Origin: Bacteroidota bacterium
Lineage (GTDB): Bacteria > Bacteroidota > Bacteroidia > Bacteroidales > NBLH01
Direction of reading: 5' to 3'
Assembly: GCA_039714415.1 (NCBI GenBank)
Contig: JBDLJL010000002.1
Span: 14,269-78,268 of the forward strand
Length of the DNA stretch: 64,000 bases
Shown: positions 56,323 to 64,000 of the stretch, piece after piece
Layout: each line of letters opens with the position of its first letter
Position numbering within the stretch: the stretch's first letter is position 1
The notes under the pieces: model-generated
The model's input: the letters and a program-made list of their open reading frames with translations, nothing else
Databases searched by the model: none
Told to the model about the DNA's origin: nothing
Program-made: the position numbers and the translations under genes

Positions 56323-57981
56323 CTATTGCTGTAACTCATGCGCCAGTTTTATTGCATTATACGCATTAATTATTCCATTCCAGCTACAAATTTCTTCAAA
56401 AGCAATTTTCTTGCGTGGTATCATCATCTTCGGATCTTTAGGTTTCTCAACTTCTTTTCCGGTCATGTTGGTAACACCTTTACGCAACACTTCTATAAGT
56501 TCTTGTACACTTAAATCGGGGAAATACGACCAAACTAAAGCAGCAATGCCGGTAACTACAGGGGCTGCCATACTGGTACCGTTCATCTTTTTATAATTGT
56601 CGCCAACTATAGTTGAATATATGTCAACCCCAGGGGCAAATACATCAACTGCTGTAGCTCCGTAGTTTGATGTGATGGCAGGATTTCCATAAGCATTTAC
56701 AGAGCCAATTGTAATGAAATTAGTAAGTACTTTTTTAGTTGTAATATATTTTACTGGGTAGATATAGTCTTCATCTATATTTTGATAACTGTTTCCAGCA
56801 GCATGAACAATCAAAACACCTTTCTTTTCTGCCTTTTTTAGGGCTTTGTCAACCCACTTTTTATTTGTCGATATTGGTTTACCAAAACTGAGATTAATAA
56901 TATTAGCACCATTATCAACAGCGTACAGAATAGCAAGGGCTACATCTTTGTCATATTCATCACCTTCAGGTATTGCTCGTATGTTCATAAGTTTTACATC
57001 GGCAACACCTTTCATTCCGAGCTTATTATTGCGGTCAGCTCCAATAATACCTGCAACATGAGTACCATGATCGGTGTGTGTTGCATCTATATTATTATTA
57101 CCATAATACTTATCTTTAATATTGTTAATATCGTCACCTATAATATCACGATTATACAATCCTTCTGCAAGCAATTTATCATATGATGTTTGTGTTTTTT
57201 CTGTTAATCTTTGACGGCTTTCAAGCATGTGGTTCCAATTTGCATCAGCCCCGTGAGTCCTTTTTTTAAACCCAAAGCCCATTGCGTAATAAATGAAGGC
57301 TCTAAGTTTATTAATAGACTCAGTTTCTGCAGGTGAGATTGAATTAAACTGATCAAACGAAAAATTGGTTTTTGCAGTATTGTACTTAAGCTGCATGGCT
57401 ATAGTAAATGTATCTGCATAAGCCACTATGGATTTCATTGCTTCATTGCTTTCATAAGCCTTTCCTATTTTTGAATTTTTAATGACCTTGTACCTGAAAT
57501 AAAGGTATTCATCCATTTGTTTTATTGGTACTTGGGTAGAGTCAATTCCGTACTGTTCAAATTCATTTATCAAACGAAAAAACTCCCGGTCGGCTTCCAA
57601 TGACGATTTAACCAAATTTTTTCCGTTGACATTACCTAAGAAGTTCCATCCATTAACATCATCAATATACCCATTTTTATCATCGTCAATACCATTACCA
57701 GGTATTTCATCTTCATTAACCCAAAGTACATTTTTTATATCTTCATGTTGAAGGTCAACACCACCTTCAATAACAGCTACTACAATTTCTTTCTTCTTCT
57801 CAATCCCTTGCTCTTGAATATATTCATAGGCTTTTTCAATTGAAGCTCCAATATATTTACCATCGGCAGCCTGAAATTCCCAATTTACAGGTATCCTGTC
57901 TTTTTGCTTATTTTTAGGTTGAGAATAAACCTTAACAGCAACACTTGTTAATAGTAATAATGATATTATTATTTTGTTCAT
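56323..57981 (-). CDS. Subtilisin-like S8 serine peptidase
   Basis: HGTHVAGIIGA and GTSMAAPVVTGIAALV are present. The Asp-motif position reads VAVIEGGVD. Confidence 0.85.
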   Translation of the reverse strand: MNKIIISLLLLTSVAVKVYSQPKNKQKDRIPVNWEFQAADGKYIGASIEKAYEYIQEQGIEKKKEIVVAVIEGGVDLQHEDIKNVLWVNEDEIPGNGIDDDKNGYIDDVNGWNFLGNVNGKNLVKSSLEADREFFRLINEFEQYGIDSTQVPIKQMDEYLYFRYKVIKNSKIGKAYESNEAMKSIVAYADTFTIAMQLKYNTAKTNFSFDQFNSISPAETESINKLRAFIYYAMGFGFKKRTHGADANWNHMLESRQRLTEKTQTSYDKLLAEGLYNRDIIGDDINNIKDKYYGNNNIDATHTDHGTHVAGIIGADRNNKLGMKGVADVKLMNIRAIPEGDEYDKDVALAILYAVDNGANIINLSFGKPISTNKKWVDKALKKAEKKGVLIVHAAGNSYQNIDEDYIYPVKYITTKKVLTNFITIGSVNAYGNPAITSNYGATAVDVFAPGVDIYSTIVGDNYKKMNGTSMAAPVVTGIAALVWSYFPDLSVQELIEVLRKGVTNMTGKEVEKPKDPKMMIPRKKIAFEEICSWNGIINAYNAIKLAHELQQ

Positions 57982-58005
57982 TTTAATTAAACATTTTAGA
58001 GATTC

Positions 58006-59046
58006 TTAATATTTTATCCCCTCAGCAATTTTCGGTAAATCAATGCCATAAGCATCTTTCATGTGATTAACCACTAAACTATAACGCTGATTAATCAAGG
58101 GATATGTTGCGGGTGGGTATTGCACTTCAAATTCATCTTTTGTAAAACGCATGCCCATGCGGATATAGCACTTAAAATCAAAATTAGGAACTGCTAAACT
58201 ATAAAGTGAATACTGTTTTCTCAGTGTCCTAAAATGCCATAAGTAGATATTGAGATCTTGACGTATAATGGTACGTGGTTCTACCCGGTGAACAAACCCT
58301 CTGTTCATAAAATTATCAGGGTCAGTAAGGTCATTATCAGAGTACGTTATTTTAGTAGTATAATCAACTCCATTTTTAAAACCTGCAGGCTCCTCTATTA
58401 GTTCACGGTCAATGCTCTTTTCAATGTACATATATATTCCGGCATTACGGCAGGCCCTGATAACTTCCTGCTCATCTTCACTTAGCTCGCTCCCACTATG
58501 CCATTTCACTAGAGTCTCAACATCTGAAGGATACTCAAGTCCACCAGGATAGGAAAGACTGTGCGGGAAGTTAGGTTGATTAGAATAATAAGCTATATAC
58601 CAAAAGTCGAAACCAGAATTGTGGTACGCCATAATTTGCTCAGCTTGTGCACCCTGACGAAAATTATCAACTATATAAAAATACATAGGAAGTACCTTAT
58701 TGGCAATTTCCGGATTATAGTAGTAAAATATCTCATCAACTAAAAAATCAATATAAACAGGAGCCATTTCATCACTCATCTCATTAAACGTGTAAATGGT
58801 ACCACTGAGACCTGTCCATTTTTTATTAAAATCAGCCTCTGTATACGACTTGTAGATGGGTATTACTTCAAATGTTTTATTTAACTCAATTAGTTTTGTG
58901 TCCCAGGGGTTATCTCCCTCAGGAAAATCGAACCTCGATATTATATCTAACTGATTTGATGGCACTATATCCTCCTCTACATACCCGCATGATGTAACAA
59001 TGACAGCTAATATCACTGTGAAAATAAATATTATAATGTATTTCAT
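58006..59046 (-). CDS. Hypothetical PUL-associated lipoprotein
   Basis: The lipobox is TSC. It lies immediately downstream of SusD, and no HExxH motif is present. Confidence 0.4.
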   Translation of the reverse strand: MKYIIIFIFTVILAVIVTSCGYVEEDIVPSNQLDIISRFDFPEGDNPWDTKLIELNKTFEVIPIYKSYTEADFNKKWTGLSGTIYTFNEMSDEMAPVYIDFLVDEIFYYYNPEIANKVLPMYFYIVDNFRQGAQAEQIMAYHNSGFDFWYIAYYSNQPNFPHSLSYPGGLEYPSDVETLVKWHSGSELSEDEQEVIRACRNAGIYMYIEKSIDRELIEEPAGFKNGVDYTTKITYSDNDLTDPDNFMNRGFVHRVEPRTIIRQDLNIYLWHFRTLRKQYSLYSLAVPNFDFKCYIRMGMRFTKDEFEVQYPPATYPLINQRYSLVVNHMKDAYGIDLPKIAEGIKY

Positions 59047-59077
59047 AATAAAACTTGTTTAAACTAAATAAAACTTA

Positions 59078-60604
59078 CTAATTGCCACCCCTTATTGATG
59101 CTAAGGGATTTTGAACCAGTTCCGTATTTTTCAATAATGCTTCGTCAGGAATTGGTAAAGTATAACCATTATCATTTTTTTGTAAGGTATATGTAATTAC
59201 TCCGTTTTCATCATACCACTTATGGTTTATTGAAGGCATTCCATAACGTCTTAAATCAAACCAACGGTGGCCTTCAAAACATAGTTCACGACGGCGTTCG
59301 TCTCTCACAGCCTGTAATAATTCTTCGGAAGATAAACCTGTTAAAGGTATAAAAGTACTGTTTACAAAACGATTGCTTTGTAACTCGTTAATTAGCTGTA
59401 AAGTTTTACCGCTATTGTTTAACATAGCATAGGCTTCTGCTGCATTCAGATAAGCTTCTGACAAACGGAAACTACGTGAAAATCCTTCATTTGATGGCGA
59501 TCTGAATTCGTTCACCTCAATTTTACCCATTGGGACTTTATATCTTTCTCCCGGATAATCAGATATCATATATAAATTAGACCTAAGGTCGTTAACATTA
59601 TACAATGCCGTTAGATTATCGGAAACTTTATATAGTGCCTTATCATCACCAGAAACTGCCGTTGCAGTGGTAAGACTCTGATACCATGATAAATAAAAGG
59701 CATCCTTATTTTGTCCATATAACCATATTACTTCACTATTATTATAATAATCGTTAAAATTATAATATGGTTCAAAATCAGTAGGTTCTGGTACATTATT
59801 TAGGTTAAATAATGAGAAATTACTGTTACTAATTACTTTCTCAGCATAAATTGCTGCATTATTCCAATCTTCAATATATAAATATATGCGCGACAATAAA
59901 AGCTGTACCATTGGCAGGCTAATTCTATAATCAGGTTTCCATTGGTCTGCTTCATCATTTAGGAGTATTACCTTTTCAGCCTCTTTCAAATCAGACAAGA
60001 TACTTTCATACACTTGCCCTACTGTATTGCGTGGTTGAGCATCAATATCAAGGTCACTATTCAGTTTCAGTGGAACTCCCAATGCTTTTTTATTATAATT
60101 GTAGGGTTGTCCATATGTATTTACCAAGTGGAAATAATAAAACCCCCTGAGAGCTAAAGCTTGTCCTAGTACATTATTTTTTTCTTTTTGTGTACCCGAC
60201 ACTTTATCAACATAATCAAGTACAGCATTACATCCCATTATACCACGATACAAATTTTTCCATGAGTTGTAATATGTTTCGCTAAAGTATTCTGCCATCC
60301 AAAAGGTTGTAAACATATCGGGTTGCCAACTATAAGCGGCAAATGTACACTCTTGCAGGTTTGATTGTGGCAGGTTCTCTTCTGAAACGTAAGCCACGTA
60401 CTCTATATCATCAGATAAAACACTTAGAACAGTTTCAAAAAGTATATTTCCTGAGTTTCTAGGATATGCTTCGCCCAACAATAACTCGTTTAACGATTCA
60501 ATTTTGTCAGGTACAATTTCTGATTCTGATTGAGGCTCCAAAAATTTCTCACAACCTGTAAATATTGTTATGATTAAAAAAGCTAATATTATTATATTCT
60601 TCAT
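59078..60604 (-). CDS. susD: SusD/RagB family nutrient-binding lipoprotein
   Basis: The lipobox is FTGC. The length, the TPR-like core (RGFYYFHLVNTYG), the C-terminal segment ERRRELCFEGHRWFDLRR and adjacency to SusC all fit. Confidence 0.85.
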   Translation of the reverse strand: MKNIIILAFLIITIFTGCEKFLEPQSESEIVPDKIESLNELLLGEAYPRNSGNILFETVLSVLSDDIEYVAYVSEENLPQSNLQECTFAAYSWQPDMFTTFWMAEYFSETYYNSWKNLYRGIMGCNAVLDYVDKVSGTQKEKNNVLGQALALRGFYYFHLVNTYGQPYNYNKKALGVPLKLNSDLDIDAQPRNTVGQVYESILSDLKEAEKVILLNDEADQWKPDYRISLPMVQLLLSRIYLYIEDWNNAAIYAEKVISNSNFSLFNLNNVPEPTDFEPYYNFNDYYNNSEVIWLYGQNKDAFYLSWYQSLTTATAVSGDDKALYKVSDNLTALYNVNDLRSNLYMISDYPGERYKVPMGKIEVNEFRSPSNEGFSRSFRLSEAYLNAAEAYAMLNNSGKTLQLINELQSNRFVNSTFIPLTGLSSEELLQAVRDERRRELCFEGHRWFDLRRYGMPSINHKWYDENGVITYTLQKNDNGYTLPIPDEALLKNTELVQNPLASIRGGN

Positions 60605-60616
60605 ACTTTTAAATTA

Positions 60617-63600
60617 TTAAAATCCAATTTTTAAACTTAATGAATAAGTCTTAGGCCTTACCGATCTGCTACCTGATTCAGGGTCAAAACCTTCTAAATC
60701 TTTACTAGCTATTACAAACAGGTTACTTGCAGCAGTACTAAGCGACATGTTTTCAAATCCTGCTTTTTTATATATTTCTTTGGGTACATTCCAAGTTAAT
60801 GATAAGTTATTAAGTCGTATAAATGATGCATCTACTACTCTGATATCAGAAAAACCCCACATTGCAAATTCGGTGTGATCCGGACTTCCTCCATATGGCA
60901 TATTTGGTAAAATAACTCCGTTTGTGGGAAGTCCTGGGATAGTGGTATTTAATTCATCGCCGGGCTGCTGCCAACGTTCAGTAAGTTCTTTATCTAAGTT
61001 AGTAGTTGGTTCCGGCATAATACCGTTTAACATAGGAACATAAGGATTTGGTAAACGCATTTTATGTCCAAGCTGAGCCGACAAATGTGTTGCTAATGTT
61101 AAACTCTTAAACCTTAAAGAACTTGATATTCCACCTGCAAAACCGGGTTCTTTTTTACCTGAATAGATTAGGAAATCTGTGGGATCAATGCTCTTGTCGG
61201 AAGACATGTAATTACCTGTATTGGGATCTACTTCCAATGCATTAATTTTTTCATCGTTATATGGGTTCAAATCAAACATAGGATAACCGGTTTCCGGATT
61301 TAACCCTACATAAGAGTATGACCAAAAACTAGATAAGTCATAACCTTCTTTTAATACATATTGGTTTGATCCACTTACATATACAGAAGCTCTTTTCATA
61401 TTTTCAGGCACATAAGAATACTGTGATTTATTTATGTTCATACCTGTATTTATACTAATGTTCCAATACCAGTTTTTAGTACTAACTGGTTGAAAAGAGA
61501 CTGTTACCTCGTATCCCTGATTTGTTATTTCTGCTCCGTTAATAGCTAAGGCATCCAGACCATTGTACTGAGCCACTTGTTGTAAAGCTATAACCGAAGA
61601 TCTTCGTCCGTAATACTCCAGTGATGTTGTAAACTTCTTAAATAAGCGTAAATCCAAACCAATATTCCAACTTTTTGTTTTTTCCCAATTAAGATATGGA
61701 TTTGGCAATTGTATAATATTAGATTGATATTGTCCATATACCGGATTAAAAGAACCTGAATTTGTTATCATCTCAGGACTTCTATTTGTGAGTACATTTC
61801 CTTGCATCCCATAAGAAAAGCGCCACTTGGCCTGATTAAGCCAATCCAGCTTATCTTTAATGAAGTTCTCCTCATGCATTGACCATGCAAACCCAACAGA
61901 CCATGTGGGGTCAAAACGATTGTTGACATCTTGACCAAAACGATTAGATTCATCTGTACGTACATTGGCATTCATAGTATACTTGTCGTTATATGAATAA
62001 GCTAATGTTGCAAATAGTGAAATAAAATTTTGGGTTTGTTGATTTCGTTTCCATCTTTTATTATAAAGATCGTCAAGTATACCAAACCCTTCATAACTTG
62101 TTGATGAATTTAAAGGAACTAACTCGTCAGGAAGCGCAGGGCGAACTAATATTTGACCACGTCCGGGTAAATATCCCCATATCATATTACCCTCTTCAAA
62201 ATTTTCAGTAGAACGCACCTCGTGACCAAGCATGGCATTAATACGGTGCATATCATTTATAGGATGACTAAATAGTAATTTATTTTGAATATTATATGAT
62301 GACTGATCTCCTACTGTAGTTTGCATTACACCTCCATGTGGTAAAATAGCTGCTTGATATTCGGGACTACCCGGCAGGTATTCTCCATATAAATATCCTC
62401 TGTATCTGTTAGCTACAAAAAAGGTCTCCTCTCCTGCATAATTCTCTGTACTTCTATTATTTAGCGAATAACCTCCGACAATCTCATATCTAAACATATC
62501 ACTGATTTGCCATCTCAAGTTCAATGATGTATTTAAACGTACTGATTGTGCCGTAGAGTAGCCATTATCACGTTCATTTATAATATTATAACCCAATCCA
62601 TATTCTTGAGTGTTTCCGTTATAACGATAATATGATCGTTCTTGGTAATAAACCTGATCCCCATTTTGTTCATAAAATGGTATAGCCCTACTGGTGTTAA
62701 GAGCATAAGTGCGTGGGTTTACCCCGATTCCAAAGCCACTGTTATTATTTGACGAACCGGCAACGTTAAAGCTGACCTTTAATTTTTCTGATGGATCAAT
62801 ATCTACACGTAAACGTCCTGTAATACGCTTTGCAGCATCACCTATTTCAACTCCCTGGTCATTTGCAAATGAAAAAGATGAAATATACTTCACAGTTTTA
62901 CTTCCTCCCGATAGGGATAGGTTATGGCTCTGACTTAATGAGTTTTGTGTAAGCTCTTCAAACCAATTTGTGTTAACAGTTTCCAAATATGTTAGTTGCT
63001 CTTTAAAGTAATCCATGGTTATATCCTTATCCAGGTACATTCTCATTAGCCCTTCGTAAGTATATGGTTGTTTCAGTGGTACAACACGATAAAGAACACC
63101 TTCATTAAAAGCATCTTTACTAATATCAATACGCTCTTGAGAGTTCATCATATTATACATGCCGTAGTTGGGAGCACTTCTAAATGAAAAATTTGAACTG
63201 TAATTGATTGACATTTCACCCTTTTTTCCTCTTTTTGTAGTAACTATGACTACTCCATTTGAAGCTTTTGAGCCGTATACAGCTGTTGCTGAAGCATCTT
63301 TTAAGACTGTTACCGATTCAATATCATCAGGGTTTAACCACGATACCTGGTTACCTATTATATTTTCCAAATCACCCAATTCTGATGATATATCCAAATC
63401 AACAAAATCAGGTTGAATAATACCATCAACTACCCATAGTGGCTCGGTGTTTCCCAAAATAGTAGACGTTCCTCTAATTTTAATTTTGGGTGATGACGTA
63501 ACTCTTCCAGAAGGTCTGGTTATTATCATTCCTGCAACTTGTCCCTGTAACATCTCATCAATAGTATTAACGGCTATGTTTCTAATATCTTTCATTTTAA

Positions 63601-64000
63601 CTACTGTAGTCGCCCCAACCAAATCGCGTCGCTCAACAATCTGGTAACCTACGGCCACCACATCGTCAAGCATGGTTGTTTCTTCATATAATGTTATCTT
63701 AAGCAGGAATTTATTTTTAATCTTAACTTCTTGCTTTTTATATCCTATAAATGACAATACTAATATGTCAGCATCTTTGGGCACCTCAATAATAAAATAA
63801 CCGACATCATTTGAACTAGTTCCAAACTTGTATTCTTTTGACCAAATATTAACAAAAGGTAATGGTTTTCCTTGTTCATCATAAACATAACCTCTTATAG
63901 TTCTTTTTTGATTAGGTTGCTGAGTATTTTTTTCGGGTGCTTTTTTAATAAGGATTGTATTATTCTCTATTTTAAAAGTAAACCCGTTTGAATTAAGTAA
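60617..64000 (-). CDS. susC: SusC/RagA-type TonB-dependent transporter; the N-terminus runs past the window end
   Basis: The TonB-box and plug region reads DVVAVGYQIVERRDLVGA and ITRPSGR. The C-terminus ends ...LSLKIGF. The frame stays open from 63785 to 64000, covering the CarboxypepD_reg-like region. Confidence 0.9.
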   Translation of the reverse strand, partial: LLNSNGFTFKIENNTILIKKAPEKNTQQPNQKRTIRGYVYDEQGKPLPFVNIWSKEYKFGTSSNDVGYFIIEVPKDADILVLSFIGYKKQEVKIKNKFLLKITLYEETTMLDDVVAVGYQIVERRDLVGATTVVKMKDIRNIAVNTIDEMLQGQVAGMIITRPSGRVTSSPKIKIRGTSTILGNTEPLWVVDGIIQPDFVDLDISSELGDLENIIGNQVSWLNPDDIESVTVLKDASATAVYGSKASNGVVIVTTKRGKKGEMSINYSSNFSFRSAPNYGMYNMMNSQERIDISKDAFNEGVLYRVVPLKQPYTYEGLMRMYLDKDITMDYFKEQLTYLETVNTNWFEELTQNSLSQSHNLSLSGGSKTVKYISSFSFANDQGVEIGDAAKRITGRLRVDIDPSEKLKVSFNVAGSSNNNSGFGIGVNPRTYALNTSRAIPFYEQNGDQVYYQERSYYRYNGNTQEYGLGYNIINERDNGYSTAQSVRLNTSLNLRWQISDMFRYEIVGGYSLNNRSTENYAGEETFFVANRYRGYLYGEYLPGSPEYQAAILPHGGVMQTTVGDQSSYNIQNKLLFSHPINDMHRINAMLGHEVRSTENFEEGNMIWGYLPGRGQILVRPALPDELVPLNSSTSYEGFGILDDLYNKRWKRNQQTQNFISLFATLAYSYNDKYTMNANVRTDESNRFGQDVNNRFDPTWSVGFAWSMHEENFIKDKLDWLNQAKWRFSYGMQGNVLTNRSPEMITNSGSFNPVYGQYQSNIIQLPNPYLNWEKTKSWNIGLDLRLFKKFTTSLEYYGRRSSVIALQQVAQYNGLDALAINGAEITNQGYEVTVSFQPVSTKNWYWNISINTGMNINKSQYSYVPENMKRASVYVSGSNQYVLKEGYDLSSFWSYSYVGLNPETGYPMFDLNPYNDEKINALEVDPNTGNYMSSDKSIDPTDFLIYSGKKEPGFAGGISSSLRFKSLTLATHLSAQLGHKMRLPNPYVPMLNGIMPEPTTNLDKELTERWQQPGDELNTTIPGLPTNGVILPNMPYGGSPDHTEFAMWGFSDIRVVDASFIRLNNLSLTWNVPKEIYKKAGFENMSLSTAASNLFVIASKDLEGFDPESGSRSVRPKTYSLSLKIGF

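Overview
This is an AT-rich chromosome segment of Bacteroidota type. Supporting signs are a SusC/SusD pair, a T9SS C-terminal sorting domain, futalosine-pathway menaquinone genes, TAnnTTTG-type promoter boxes and A-rich leaders rather than Shine-Dalgarno sites. Most of the window is ordinary housekeeping: aroB, hldD, aspS, tadA, mqnD, mqnB, folE, miaB, yebC, miaA, gap and pyrE. The right end carries a protease-rich SusCD locus at 53-64 kb. The stand-out region is about 22 kb (about 6.26-28.48 kb) inserted between the convergent genes tadA and mqnD. It is bracketed by about 165-bp imperfect direct repeats that duplicate the tadA/mqnD junction. The insert encodes four multiheme c-type cytochromes with 12, 4, 9 and 27 heme-binding motifs read from the translations, plus two NHL beta-propeller proteins. 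A 653-aa putative outer-membrane beta-barrel sits between a nonaheme lipoprotein and the 27-heme protein. The insert also carries a fused CcsBA (System II) cytochrome c synthetase, a Tat-dependent FeS protein with an NrfD-type membrane quinol module, and a membrane-anchored monoheme cytochrome. Regulation appears to be supplied by a histidine kinase with a periplasmic CXXCH motif and a sigma54-dependent response regulator. I read this as a self-contained porin-cytochrome-like extracellular electron-transfer island that is regulated by its own two-component system. No integrase, transposase, tRNA, rRNA or CRISPR array was seen anywhere in the window. Secondary oddities are a nonsense-interrupted AAA-ATPase/PD-(D/E)XK gene, a HepT-like protein with a degenerate catalytic motif, and a P-type-ATPase-like protein lacking all catalytic motifs. 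There is also a dispersed family of heptamer-based intergenic repeats. All functional calls rest on motif recognition by eye, and no searches were run.
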